Source: an uncultured Thermoplasmata archaeon
Lineage (GTDB): Archaea; Thermoplasmatota; Thermoplasmata; Lutacidiplasmatales; UBA184
Direction of reading: 5' to 3'
Assembly (NCBI GenBank): GCA_963713145.1
Contig: CAVQKI010000002.1
Coordinates: 119,278 to 183,277 of the forward strand
DNA: 64,000 nt
Shown here: one piece after another, positions 10,348 to 20,433 of the stretch
Layout of the letters: every line of letters begins with the position of its first letter
Position numbering within the stretch: position 1 is the stretch's first letter
Program-made: the position numbers and the translations under genes
The notes under the pieces: generated by a model
Seen by the model: the letters and a program-made list of their open reading frames with translations, nothing else
Database searches by the model: none
What the model was told of the DNA's origin: nothing

Positions 10348-10667
10348 GACCGCACTATGTCATACATGTATTGCTTACATATAGGTCACCCTACCCGAAG
10401 GAAGTGGTCGGTGCCACGACCGCCGGAGGTATGCTCGTCAGTGACGTCGACCCCACTCGGTGAGGTCCGCCAGCCCTCGGGCGTGTGCGCACAAGTCATA
10501 CTGAACACGCCCCGGGGAGGTTCGACGGCGCTGGTACGCTGGGGGAAGATCAGCCCGGTCCTCGAGGTTACGTTCGAATCGTATTGCGCCTACCGGAAAG
10601 CCCACCGCCCCCGTTTCACGAAGCGTTTCGGCCGATCGCTGCCACACCCCTGGGTAAGTGATTCTAC

Positions 10668-10673
10668 TTATAT
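10668..10673 (+). promoter_or_regulatory. TATA-like box upstream of the second antitoxin-PIN operon
   Basis: cttatatgc, ~27 nt upstream of ATG 10697. Confidence 0.35.
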
Positions 10674-10696
10674 GCGAATAGACGGTATAACCATCC

Positions 10697-10915
10697 ATGC
10701 CGAACATGACCTTCGCGGTCCCCGAGGACCTCCATCGGGAGATCCGTAGGCACAAGGATGTCCGATGGGCCGAAATCGCCCGTAGAGCACTCGCTCGCGA
10801 GGTGAACCGCCTCCACATCTACGACCGGCTGCTCGCCAAGTCCGAGCTGACTGAAGCGGATGCCGTGGAACTTGGGCGTTCCATTCGTCGCCGAGAACCT
10901 CGGCCCCGACGTTGA
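10697..10915 (+). CDS. Antitoxin of a second PIN-type module
   Basis: 72 aa. MTFAVPEDLHREIRRHKDVRWAEIARRAL is typical of small archaeal antitoxins. There is a 4-nt overlap (TTGA) with the PIN gene. Confidence 0.65.
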   Translation: MPNMTFAVPEDLHREIRRHKDVRWAEIARRALAREVNRLHIYDRLLAKSELTEADAVELGRSIRRREPRPRR

Positions 10916-11325
10916 AGCAAGTCGTTGTAGACGCCAGCGTGGTGGTGGCTGGGCTCCTCAAGGAGGGGGCCGTTCGCGACACTCTCCTCACTGCAGACGC
11001 AATCTTGTTCCTCGCCCCGGTCTACATCCGAGAGGAGGTTTCACGGCACGCCGGCATGATCTCTGACAGGTCCAAAGTACCTCTGGAAACCGTTCTGGCG
11101 GTTCTCGAGGATCTCCTTTCGGCCATCGAGTTGATTCCAAGCGCAGCTTACGCGTCATCGATTCTTGACGCCCGACGACTTGCTCGCACGGCTGCCGCGC
11201 AAGGAGACGAAGATTACATCGCTCTCTCCCTCGCATTCGACGCGCCGGCATGGACCCTCGACCGAGACATCGCTCGAGTTCCCGGCCTCAGGGTCCTGTC
11301 GACGAGAGACGTGGGGAGGCTCTGA
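10912..11325 (+). CDS. PIN-domain protein (VapC-like toxin)
   Basis: 137 aa with a TTG start. It has VVVDASVVVAGLL at the N-terminus and DEDYIALSLAFDAPAWTLDRD near the C-terminus. Confidence 0.7.
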   Translation: MKQVVVDASVVVAGLLKEGAVRDTLLTADAILFLAPVYIREEVSRHAGMISDRSKVPLETVLAVLEDLLSAIELIPSAAYASSILDARRLARTAAAQGDEDYIALSLAFDAPAWTLDRDIARVPGLRVLSTRDVGRL

Positions 11326-11428
11326 TTCCCGGTTAAGGCTTCTTTGGAGCGCCCCCTTTGCCCCAGCAGAGCCAGATGCACAATTCTCTTTGAACACGGG
11401 CCAAGGGGTGCGCCCTCGCGTCAGGCGT

Positions 11429-11448
11429 GGGCTCAATCTGCGTTGAAC
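11429..11448. repeat. Intergenic palindromic motif, copy C (gggctcaatctgcgttgaac)
   Basis: TCAAT-N6-TTGA core, ~100 nt downstream of the PIN gene. Confidence 0.35.
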
Positions 11449-11480
11449 TAGTGTGAAGGCGTCGGATTCCGGAAGGGGGG

Positions 11481-11909
11481 TCATCGAGGCGTAACAGGAG
11501 CTCTCAGCTCGAGCACCGACCCGACGCTCCAGATCGCTACCAACGCGCCGAGCGTGATGTAGAGGGCAGAAGCCCAGATGGGGAGACCACCCCCGACCTC
11601 AAGGCTGGGCTGAGTGCTAATCGCTAGCCGAAGCCCCAGGCCAACGACACCCAACACCGCGGCTCCGGCAAACCCCCAGATGTTCCGGCGCCAGCAGAAG
11701 TAGATGCACACCGCGGTCAGAACGATGATTGGTGCAACCACGACAGACGCGAGGAGCCTTACGACGGCCGACGTTTCGGCGAGAGTGACCGCTAGGGCCG
11801 CAAGGACGGCCGCCAAGAACAGGTACAGGAGCGTGACAGCAGCCCTCATTCGGAGGGATAGTGGCTCGGGTGGTCGCATCGGTCCATCCCCGCTCACCCG
11901 TCCGTGCAC
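11481..11909 (-). CDS. Small four-helix membrane protein
   Basis: 142-aa maximal ORF with four hydrophobic helices (for example AAVTLLYLFLAAVLAALAV and VVAPIIVLTAVCIYF). The real start may be ATG 11879. A frame-disrupted paralog lies at 27363-27796. Confidence 0.6.
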   Translation of the reverse strand: MHGRVSGDGPMRPPEPLSLRMRAAVTLLYLFLAAVLAALAVTLAETSAVVRLLASVVVAPIIVLTAVCIYFCWRRNIWGFAGAAVLGVVGLGLRLAISTQPSLEVGGGLPIWASALYITLGALVAIWSVGSVLELRAPVTPR

Positions 11910-12131
11910 AATAATGGGTGGGTTGACTTCAGGGTAGTGGCGGGGCGCTCATCGGATAGTTCGTAGACATCCGAACGAATCACCTCCACCTCGGTCCTCC
12001 CGCCTCGACTGACATCGCCCACTAGGTCGGGGGCGGCCTCGCAAGCCGTCTCCTTCTAAGTAGGCGAGAAATCTGCCTTCGACGGGGGATCGGCACCTAC
12101 GAACCCGATCGCCGCGCTCGTCCTCGCTGCT

Positions 12132-13403
12132 GTGTTCGGCGCGGTGATCGCCCGGCAGGTAACCCATCGCGGTCCCCCCATCTGGGCGCTCTTGGTCGCG
12201 GGAGCTGTCACAACGGTCGCCCTCGGGGTTCTGTCCGTCGGGGGCGCCGAGGCGTCCGTGTCCGCCTCGGCACCGACGCTGCTCTTCCTCTTTTCTCTGT
12301 TTCTCTTCGCGGCCGCCCTGGACGGGGCGGGCGCGCTCGATCACCTGGCCCGGTGGATCCTGGGCCGTTCGCAGAAGCCCTCCAATCTCCCGTTCGACCT
12401 CTTTGTTGGGATCGGGCTAGTTTCGGCGGTGATGGTGAACGACGCGCTCGTGGTGATCGGGGTGCCCCTCCTCATCGGGGTCGCGTCCCGGCTGAGGTCA
12501 GATCCCAAACCGCTGCTCCTGGTCCTCGCCTTTGCAGTGACGGTCGGCAGCACCCTGACCCCCTTCGGAAACCCGCAGAACCTGTTGGTGGCGGTGGCGA
12601 GCGGCGTCGCGTCCCCGGTCACGACATTCCTGCGATATCTCGCCATCCCGACCGCGGTCAATCTCCTCCTGGGAGGTTGGTATGTCCGCTGGGTCTATGG
12701 GCCGAAGGTCGCTTCGCCCAACTCCTCAACCCCTCACGCTGGGGAGCGGGTTCGGCTGTTTCCCGAGCACGGCTGGGGCCAGCGCCTTAGGTCGTACCCG
12801 GTCCTTGTCATCTTCCCGGGCACTATGGTCGTGCTCGTCACGCTTGACATCACGTCTGCGATCACCCACGGTCCTCAGGTCCCGGTTTGGGAGACCGCGC
12901 TCGTCGGCGCGGTCATCCTGTTGCTCCTGAGCCCGGGACGGGCGCAGACGGTTCAGCGAGTCAACTGGTCGATTCTGCTGCTCTTCGTGGGCCTGTTCGT
13001 CGTGGTCACCGGGGCGGTCAACGGCGGTGTGATCGCCTCGCTTGACGGCGTATTCCCGGTGCCCGGTCCCGGTCACCCCACTGGTGCGCTCCTCGCGGTC
13101 GTGGGCACGTCGATCGGAGGCTCCCAGGTCGTTAGCAACGTCCCCTGGGTCGCGCTCCAGATCCCTGTGCTTACCGGTCTCGGATACGGAGCATCGTCCC
13201 CCATCATTTGGATGGCGCTGGCGGCGAGCAGCACGCTCGCCGGCAACATCACATTCCTCGGAGCTGCTAGCAACCTCATCCTCGTGGATTCTGCCGAAAA
13301 GTTGGGGATCCGCATTCCCCTTTCGGAGTTCGTGCGCCACGGAGTCCCGCTAGCCGCCGTCACGATCGCCGTCCTGGTCATCTGCCTCGCGCTCGGCCTG
13401 TAG
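12132..13403 (+). CDS. ArsB/NhaD-superfamily (CitMHS-type) anion permease
   Basis: 423 aa and polytopic. Motifs: NDALVVIGVPLLIGV, GSTLTPFGNPQNLLVA, SNVPWVALQ, AGNITFLGAASNLILV. The frame is open upstream to 12060 without an ATG, so the GTG 12132 start is uncertain. Confidence 0.75.
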   Translation: MFGAVIARQVTHRGPPIWALLVAGAVTTVALGVLSVGGAEASVSASAPTLLFLFSLFLFAAALDGAGALDHLARWILGRSQKPSNLPFDLFVGIGLVSAVMVNDALVVIGVPLLIGVASRLRSDPKPLLLVLAFAVTVGSTLTPFGNPQNLLVAVASGVASPVTTFLRYLAIPTAVNLLLGGWYVRWVYGPKVASPNSSTPHAGERVRLFPEHGWGQRLRSYPVLVIFPGTMVVLVTLDITSAITHGPQVPVWETALVGAVILLLLSPGRAQTVQRVNWSILLLFVGLFVVVTGAVNGGVIASLDGVFPVPGPGHPTGALLAVVGTSIGGSQVVSNVPWVALQIPVLTGLGYGASSPIIWMALAASSTLAGNITFLGAASNLILVDSAEKLGIRIPLSEFVRHGVPLAAVTIAVLVICLALGL

Positions 13404-13560
13404 CATGCGACCAGAGATCGCCGTTGGTCTCGGGGGAGAGTGGACCAGGCCGACCGGCCACTCAGCCCGAATCCCGCCCGTTGTGACCAAGGGGGCCGGG
13501 CTCCTCGGCCAAGGGCGTGAGGGCTGGCAGGCCTTCATACCCAACTGCGTTGCCCGGTGG

Positions 13561-14247
13561 ATGGTCAAAAGCGCGCGTTACGTGAGCGGGCGGACGCTCA
13601 TCACTGGCCCCTCTGGATCAGGGAAGAGCACGCTCGCCCGCTACTTCCGCAAGCGTGGCGTTAATGCGGTCGACGGGGACGAGGTCCGAGGCCTTGGCGG
13701 TCCCGTTGACCTAGGCGGGCGCCCTCTCCGGGATGTTACGAAGGAACAGTGGCGGCGAATCGAGGACTGGCGCTTCTTCTGGAATGAGGCCGTTCTGAAG
13801 CGGTTCCTGGCACGGAACCCGAACGTCGTGCTCTTCGGAGCCTCGGACAACATGTTCGACCTGGATTCTGCTCGTCTCTTCGACCGCCGCATCTTCTTGC
13901 GCGCGACGTGGTCGGTGATCCGGGCCCGGCTTAACAGCCCGGCACGCGACAACGATTGGGGTAGGAATGACCACCCGGCTCAACGGGAGTGGGTCCGTAA
14001 GGCAACCCGCGAATGGCCCGTCAGGGCCAAGGCGCGCGGGTTTGAGTTCATCAACGCACAGTGGTCGCCCCGACGCATCTTTCGCGAGGTCTGTGGCAGC
14101 ACGGGATGCACGTCGGGGAGCGAGTCCGGGTCGGCCGGGTCGACATCGTCAAAAAGGCCTCCTAGACCGCCTTCGTCTGGAAATCCAGTCGGCCCTAGGC
14201 GTGGGCCCTCGCGCAGAGCCGATCGCCCCGATCGCCAACGGTCATGA
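13561..14247 (+). CDS. P-loop NTPase/kinase-like protein
   Basis: Walker A motif LITGPSGSGKSTLARYF shortly after ATG 13561 (internal Met of ORF 13405..14247). The low-complexity tail after ~14100 is doubtful and overlaps the convergent MFS gene end. Confidence 0.6.
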   Translation: MVKSARYVSGRTLITGPSGSGKSTLARYFRKRGVNAVDGDEVRGLGGPVDLGGRPLRDVTKEQWRRIEDWRFFWNEAVLKRFLARNPNVVLFGASDNMFDLDSARLFDRRIFLRATWSVIRARLNSPARDNDWGRNDHPAQREWVRKATREWPVRAKARGFEFINAQWSPRRIFREVCGSTGCTSGSESGSAGSTSSKRPPRPPSSGNPVGPRRGPSRRADRPDRQRS

Positions 14248-15508
14248 AAGGACCGGACGGTCGGACGAACGCGGTTCGTACCCGAGCTTCCGCAGTCGAC
14301 CCAGCGAGAGAAAGCCAACGCTCGCGATGAGAGAACCGGCGCCGACCACGAGGAAGGTGAACGGAAGGCCGAAGATCACGATCAAGATCCCCCCCAGAAT
14401 CTGTGAGCCAGGGATTGCCGCGTAACTGATCGCATTGTCGGTCGCCAGGTACCGTCCCTGAAGCTGCTGTGGGACCCCAGCTTGCACAGGTCCTCAGCCA
14501 GGTGACGTTCAACACTCCCTGCCATACCCCGGCTGCTAGCATCAGGGGCAGTGCCACCGCCGCCCATGGGACAAGCACCAGTCCCAGGATTATCGATCCC
14601 TCTACGAACCCGGTGAGCGCCCATAGGCGGCCCGTGTAGCGGGTGAGATGGAGCTGGCCCACGAGAAGCCCGCCAATCCCCCATCCCGCTGCCAAAACCG
14701 CTTCGAGTCCTCCGTAAACCAGCGCACTCCCGTGGAGTACGTTCGAAGTGTAGACCACCAGGAACGTGAGGACAACCGAGAACAGGAAGTTCGTAACGAG
14801 GGCCACGACCGTAAGCTGGAGGAGCCCCAGCGTTCTCCGAAGGTAGGCCAGCCCTTCGTGGACTTCGCGAACCAAGCTGCCGGAAGCCGTTCCGGGCCGG
14901 GGGGAGGTGACGGTGGTGCCGATCAGGGAGATGAACAGCGCCCCCACAAGAAACGAAGCGGCGTCGATTCCCAAGCTTGGAATGGCCCCCACGGCGATCA
15001 CAAGAACGCCGGCCACCGCGCTACCGGCGATTTCGGCGATCGACTCCGAGGATTCGAGGAGTCCGTTCGCGCGGTCTAGGCTGTCGCGTGGGACTATCTC
15101 CGGCAGCAGGGCTTGACTTCCCGGCCCGAAGAACGTTGCGCAAGTCGCGAAGACCGCCGACGCGAGCACTATGATCGTTAGGTCGAACCCAGCGAGATAC
15201 AGCGTGAGAACGAGGGCGCCCATGGCGGCGCTTCGACCGAGGGATGAGAGGACGATGACCCGCCGACGCTCGTACCGGTCGACCACCGCGCCGGAAAACA
15301 GGCCGAAGGCGACCGTCGGGAGAAATTCCGCGAGACCCACATACACCACCGCGAGCGCGGACCCGGTCACGGCGTAGACGAACCAGATGAGGACCACGTA
15401 TCCGAGCGCGGAACCGAATCGAGAGACCACGCGCGCGCTCCAAAGCCGCTGGAAGTTCGAATTGGCGGCGAGGGGGGCTTGGCCGTTCATAGCCGATGAG
15501 CGGTCCAT
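14242..15508 (-). pseudogene. MFS transporter (EntS/MFS_3-like) with a C-terminal frame change
   Basis: ORF 14195..15508 is a typical MFS (FQRLWSARVVSRFGSALGYV, VVDRYERRRV). After VWQGVLNVTWL the sequence stops looking like MFS. The expected last helices (VPQQLQGRYLATDNAISYAAIPGSQILGGIL) are in ORF 14242..14487. The junction is at ~14490. Confidence 0.7.
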
Positions 15509-15821
15509 CTAGCGGTTGGTAAAGCAATTTGTCTGGATGGATGTCAGACATCTCGAGCTTCTGGTTAGTGCTCGGCCGGTGATTGCGGCCCGGTTATCGG
15601 CTGCACGCGGTCCATCAACGGAGCTGTTTGATAAGGGGTGCCTTTCCACAAACTCCCCGGGTTCGCCGGCCTCCGCGCGTCGGGCAGCACAAGTCATCTG
15701 GAGCGTCCAACTTGGGTCGCTCCCCCGGCTCTCGTCCGCGTAGATCTCGAGATTAAGTCACGTCAGGGTGAGGTTATCCTCCTTCGCGCTTGGCGACGTC
15801 ATGCCGAATGGGGGACATGGA

Positions 15822-16535
15822 ATGTCCATAGACCAGGAGACCACCGTCATTCGTTGGGGCGGTATCTCCGGGTTGGTGGGCGGGATCGTTTTTGTCGCTT
15901 CCATCGTCTACCAGGTGGCTTTCATCGGAACGGGGACAACCGGTTCCGGATCGGGGCCGATCATGCGATTCCCGGGGCTCCAGACGCAGATCATCGTGGG
16001 CCAGACTCTATTCCTGGTGGGCACGATTCTTCTGGTACCTCTCTTCCTGGCCCTCTACCGGTCACTCCGAAGCTCGAGCCTCGCCCCGGCCCTCTTCGGC
16101 TTTGGCCTCAGCTTCCTCGGTCTCGCGGTGCTTGCGGTAGAAAGCGAGCCGAACGTCGCAATGGCCCAGATCTCCGCCCAGTATCATGCGGCGGGGGCGA
16201 CCATGGCACAGCAGGACGCAGCCGTCATCGCCTGGCAGGCAACTCAAGGGATGTTCAACGAGTTTGACACTTGTGCGTACATCTTCCTCTCGGTAGGCTT
16301 CATCATCCTCGGGGTGGCGATGCTCCGGGCCCTGGGGTTCGGCAGGTTCCTCGGAGGACTTACCTGTGGCATCGGCGTCGTCGGGCTCATTGGAGTGGCC
16401 GTCGTCCCCGTCACGTCTGCGGTCTTTGCCGTTCCCGCCGCGCTGACCTTTGTGCTGTTCCCCTTGCTCCTGGGATGGAAGGTCTACGCTCTGTCGAAGC
16501 GGAACGCGTCCCCCGGGCCCGTACCGAGCCCGTAG
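15822..16535 (+). CDS. Polytopic membrane protein (DUF4386-like; weak)
   Basis: Internal ATG of ORF 15768..16535, with six or so hydrophobic helices. I see no catalytic motif. Confidence 0.55.
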   Translation: MSIDQETTVIRWGGISGLVGGIVFVASIVYQVAFIGTGTTGSGSGPIMRFPGLQTQIIVGQTLFLVGTILLVPLFLALYRSLRSSSLAPALFGFGLSFLGLAVLAVESEPNVAMAQISAQYHAAGATMAQQDAAVIAWQATQGMFNEFDTCAYIFLSVGFIILGVAMLRALGFGRFLGGLTCGIGVVGLIGVAVVPVTSAVFAVPAALTFVLFPLLLGWKVYALSKRNASPGPVPSP

Positions 16536-16692
16536 CGAGAATCCCGACCAAACTAGAGGATCCAAGCGAGGCGCACCACTCGCTGGAGAAAGGGTGCCTT
16601 TCCAAACGAGGTGGATGAGCGTGGTTCGAATCCGATCGACCTCGGCTCATCCGCTTCGAAAGTACCCAGCCGTCCACTCGGGCCCGGAGCTG

Positions 16693-17454
16693 CTAGTCTG
16701 ACCCGTCCTTGGCTCTCGGATACGCCGCGCCAAGGCGGGTCGCCCATACCAGCCCAACTGCCACGACCCAGATCCAAAGGCGTAAGGGTTCACCCAGAAT
16801 GGCGAATTGATCGAAGATTGGCGCCGCGCTGACTAAGAATAGTCCGGCGGCGAACCAACGGTTTAGCGCCTCGCGCCTGAAGCCCCCGCGGACCCTCTCT
16901 CCCAACGTACCACTCTCGGAACCCGCGACGACCCAAGCGAAGAATCCGAGTATGGAAATCATCACACCGAGGTCGACCGCATATGCTTGGCTGACCGCCC
17001 CGAAGAAGTCCGAGGACAGGCCCTGCCGCACGAGGACGTTCAACAAGAACGGCTCGATCGAGACGCTGAATAGAAGGACGACGTTCAGGTGAACGGTGCT
17101 CTGATGCTCGTGTGCGAGGACTGTCATCAGACGAGTGTACGCAAGCCACACAACCATCAGAATGAGAAAGCTGAAGCCAAAAGTGGCGAGGTCGGAGTAC
17201 AGGGTGGTCGCGTCGTTCGGAGGGTTGGCCACCAGCGCGAACGCTCCGAGCGACAGCGCAAGTCCGAATACAAGGTCGGAGAGCGACTCGATTCTCGGCC
17301 GTCCTCGGACCTGCGCGCCAGCGGGGGTCGCTGACGAGGGCTCGCCTGCGGTCACACCAACGCCACGCCTGCATCTGCGAGTCAAGAGATCATCGGACGA
17401 AGTGAAGTTGTGCGGCCTCTGTCCGACTCCGACTTGCTCGAATCGGGTACGCAC
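16693..17454 (-). CDS. TMEM175/DUF1211-family potassium-channel-like protein
   Basis: RIESLSDLVFGLALSLGAFAL matches the R.E.FSD.V.A signature helix of DUF1211, followed by about five more helices. The maximal ORF is given; the likely start is GTG ~17356. Confidence 0.65.
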   Translation of the reverse strand: MRTRFEQVGVGQRPHNFTSSDDLLTRRCRRGVGVTAGEPSSATPAGAQVRGRPRIESLSDLVFGLALSLGAFALVANPPNDATTLYSDLATFGFSFLILMVVWLAYTRLMTVLAHEHQSTVHLNVVLLFSVSIEPFLLNVLVRQGLSSDFFGAVSQAYAVDLGVMISILGFFAWVVAGSESGTLGERVRGGFRREALNRWFAAGLFLVSAAPIFDQFAILGEPLRLWIWVVAVGLVWATRLGAAYPRAKDGSD

Positions 17455-17636
17455 ACGTAGTTACTCAGATCCATTCCGACTCAGCGGCCTCGCCTACTGG
17501 GTCGGTTTCGGGATTCGCGGTGGTCGCCGTTGGCGTCCGTCCACTCCGCACTCCCCAGGGATCGTACCCGATGACGCGCGCCGGGATCGGGTCTGGTCTC
17601 CCCCTCGGACTCCCGATTCGGTCGGCCGTTGCGCCT

Positions 17637-18489
17637 CTACCAAGGTTCAAGGAGGCTATCGAGGTAGTTCGAAAGATTGACCGCGTCTCGGATTGGTAGC
17701 GGGAAAGAGAGGCGGTCGGATATCTCCTCTGTGAGCCAGGAGACCATCGCTCGGCTTCCACGCAGCGCCCGGGCCACCGAAGGCGGGTCATACCGGGCAA
17801 TCGTTGCGGAGAAGTCGCGAACCACTCGGGGATCTGCCCAGGTCTCGAAGAATCTCGTGCCATGCCACAGATCTTGGTCAGGTGGGCCACGTACTAGCGC
17901 GTGCCAGCGCACGGTTCGGACGAGGAGCGTTCTAAGGTAGCCGTTGGTGGCTTCCACCGCAGTCATCAGTTCCCCTCGGCGAAGCTTCTTAGCTGCCCAC
18001 ACGAGATGAAACCAGTAATCGTTCACCAGGTTCGAGAAGTCGGACAGGCCCGGAGGAACCGATGGTTCCTCCCGCGATGGCGCGGCAATCGCCACGGAGT
18101 CCTTGTTGACAAGGATGCGGAACCCCCGTCTCAGAACGATGGCGGCCTGGGGATCGGCCGTGAGGACGCCCAGAGACTCCAAACGAAACGCGGCGAAGTC
18201 TACATCCTGCCCACTCTCGAACAGAACCCGACGTTCGGTCCCCGACCCAAGCGCGTTTCCTTCGAGGTGTGACGTCCACCAGGGTCCGAGTTGTCCGATC
18301 CACCCTTCATCGCGTAAGAGGAGATCGGGATCGCATGCGAACAGCGCGAGGTCGATGTCTGAGAAGGGGTCCGCCGGCATATTCGCCCGCGCTTGGGAAC
18401 CGACAAGAAGCACTCAGCCGGATGTTTTCCTCGCTCTCGGCCCAACGAACGAGTCGGCCCATCCAATCGCTCGATTGCGATTCGCTCAC
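17637..18489 (-). pseudogene. Aminoglycoside 6-nucleotidyltransferase (ANT(6)/AadK-family) homolog with an N-terminal frame change
   Basis: LLVGSQARANMPADPFSDIDLALF and NDYWFHLVWAAKKLRRGELMTAVEATNGYLR (ORF 17637..18413). The family N-terminus WMGRLVRWAESEENIRLSA is in ORF 18307..18489. The junction is at ~18413-18420. Confidence 0.7.
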
Positions 18490-18757
18490 AGCCCCGTTAC
18501 CGGAGCTGCGGGCATAAATCTAGACCACGGCCTCTCCTCCTAGATGCGGTTTGCAGGGTGCCCTGCGCTTTCGGGTCGGGTCGTTTGCAACGGGCAGCTC
18601 TCCGGGGGCGGGGCCGGGCAATGCCCGGCGGCGCAGGCATCGTGTCCCTTCTTCCCACCCTCGGTCTCGAATGCCCTCGAAACCTTGCCCCGTCCAAGGA
18701 TCGTGTCCCCGCTGGGGGGCCCTGACACTTTCAACCCGCCGATTTCGAGCTCGTTCT

Positions 18758-19207
18758 TTAGCTTACAGCTTTCCTGAGGAGGGCGGCAATCCTTGCCTCT
18801 TCCGGGGCAGTCAGTTCCTTTAACGCGAAATCGGTAGGCCACATGTGGCCTTCGTCCAAGTTCGCCTCGTCGCTGAAGCCTAGCGTTGCGTACCGTGTCT
18901 TGAACTTCTCGGCAGGCCGGAAGAAGCAGACGATCTGGTCCTCCCTGGCATAGGCAGGCATCCCGTACCAGGTCCTCGGTGATAGGGCGGGGGCGCCGGC
19001 TTTGATGATGGCATGCAGTCGCTCGGCCATGACTCGATCCGTCGGTTGCATCTCGGCGATCTTTGCGAGAACGACGCGTTCTCCGTCCGCCTTGCTGGCG
19101 AGCGCTTTGAGCTCTCGAGCGCGCTCCCTCATAGCGGCTCGTTCTTCTTCCGTAAATCCGGCCGCGGACCTTTGAGCACCCTCCGCGATTAGTCGTTTCT
19201 CCGCCAT
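18758..19207 (-). CDS. DUF1801-family protein
   Basis: 149 aa. [18 protein letters not shown]...[23 protein letters not shown]...[18 protein letters not shown]...ATLGF is the pattern I associate with actinobacterial-type DUF1801 proteins. Confidence 0.7.
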   Translation of the reverse strand: MAEKRLIAEGAQRSAAGFTEEERAAMRERARELKALASKADGERVVLAKIAEMQPTDRVMAERLHAIIKAGAPALSPRTWYGMPAYAREDQIVCFFRPAEKFKTRYATLGFSDEANLDEGHMWPTDFALKELTAPEEARIAALLRKAVS

Positions 19208-19288
19208 GAGGCGGCGAACCTTCGGGACCCGCTTAAGGTTCGAGTTTGAGGCACCACGCGCGCTAGCGCGTTTGGCGCGGCGTTGTGG

Positions 19289-20350
19289 CTAGTGCCGCGT
19301 CCACCAGCGGAGTGCGGGTCGTGAATTGGTCACGCAATGGGCGTGGTTGAGCCGACGGATGGATGCCCGTACGACTCGATCGACCTCGCCCCAGTCGGTG
19401 TAGTTCGTCCGAGTGAACGCCCATCGACGGATCGTGCGGAAGTGGGTCTCGATCGGGTTGAGGTGGCTCGCGTTGGTGGGGGTCGGGACGAAGGTGATCC
19501 TCAGCCTTCGAGCCTCCGCCACCGCCGCCGGGGTGGTGTGCGTGGAGAGATTGTCCTGGATCAGGTAAATCCGACCCCCGGACGGATACTTCGAGCGGAC
19601 CCAGCGGAGGAACCGCACCCACTCGGCCCCGGTCTTCCTCCGTGAGAGAAACCCTCGGAGGCGCTTGTGGTAGTAGTCGTAGGCCCCCATCAGGTAGCGA
19701 ACTCCACCGAGCCGCTTGTAGGTCGCCGGGACTCGGTCGGGATGCCCCGACCGAGCCCACGTGTGACCGCCGTAGGGCTGGAGCGAGATCGGCCCCATCT
19801 CGTCGACCGACACAACGATGGGTGGGTTGTGCTGGCGGTTGGTGAGCTCCTCCAACCGACGAAGCTTCTCGGCGAACTTGGGGTCCTTCGAGCTCTTCCA
19901 GGTCTTCACGGACTGGAAGGTCACCGACTCCTCGATGAGGATCTGACGGAGTCGCTCCCGACTGATTGACTCGAGAACTCCTTCCTCGACCAGGCTCTCT
20001 CGGAGGAGGTCGAGCGACCAGCTGGTGGGACCTTGCCACCCATGGTCCTTCGGTCGAGAGAGGGCGAACTGGACGATGACCCGACGAATGGCTGGGGTGA
20101 ACTTCGGCTCGGGCCCGGGGTTCTTCTTCGGGTAGAGGGCGTCCCGCCCCATGCGATTGTAGTCCTTGATGACCTGACGTACCCACGCCTCGCTCCAGAA
20201 GATCATCGAGGCGATCTTGGGAGGAGAGAATCCCTGGAAGGAGTGCAGGACGACCATGGCGCGCTTGGCGACCGTGGCGTCACTGGAGCGCTTCACCAAT
20301 CGGCTGAGAGCTTGCCCCTCCTCGTCGGAGAGCTCGCGGACCCGCAACAT
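19289..20350 (-). CDS. IS630-family transposase, intact
   Basis: 353 aa. It has an N-terminal HTH region and a DDE domain with VVSVDEMGPISL, IYLIQDNLSTHTT and PTNASHLNPIETHF. The stop codon lies inside the terminal repeat. Confidence 0.85.
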   Translation of the reverse strand: MLRVRELSDEEGQALSRLVKRSSDATVAKRAMVVLHSFQGFSPPKIASMIFWSEAWVRQVIKDYNRMGRDALYPKKNPGPEPKFTPAIRRVIVQFALSRPKDHGWQGPTSWSLDLLRESLVEEGVLESISRERLRQILIEESVTFQSVKTWKSSKDPKFAEKLRRLEELTNRQHNPPIVVSVDEMGPISLQPYGGHTWARSGHPDRVPATYKRLGGVRYLMGAYDYYHKRLRGFLSRRKTGAEWVRFLRWVRSKYPSGGRIYLIQDNLSTHTTPAAVAEARRLRITFVPTPTNASHLNPIETHFRTIRRWAFTRTNYTDWGEVDRVVRASIRRLNHAHCVTNSRPALRWWTRH

Positions 20351-20433
20351 CGGGAGAGGGTCATCGCATCCCCCGGGAAAGTACTTGCGCTCGACCGCCG
20401 AAACCTCGAACTACTCAACTAGACGCGGCACTA
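19289..20433 (-). mobile_element. Intact IS630-family insertion sequence (~1.15 kb) with 13-bp terminal inverted repeats
   Basis: ctagtgccgcgtc at 19289-19301 is the reverse complement of gacgcggcactag at 20421-20433. Both ends terminate in cTAg, consistent with TA target use. It carries a single 353-aa transposase. Confidence 0.85.

Noticed and set aside
9949-10749. A 266-aa plus-strand ORF spanning the vapBC region.
   Set aside because: It is antisense to two genes with clear VapB and PIN signatures and has no motif of its own.
13405-13560. The N-terminal 52 codons of ORF 13405..14247.
   Set aside because: The Walker A motif follows shortly after the internal ATG 13561. The upstream extension begins only 2 nt after the stop codon of the permease gene and has no protein-like features.
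16620-16636. GGTTCGAATCC T-loop consensus suggesting a tRNA gene.
   Set aside because: The flanking T-stem would pair only 3 of 5 positions. The candidate acceptor strand sits 6 nt upstream rather than ~65 nt. No D arm or anticodon arm can be drawn on either strand.
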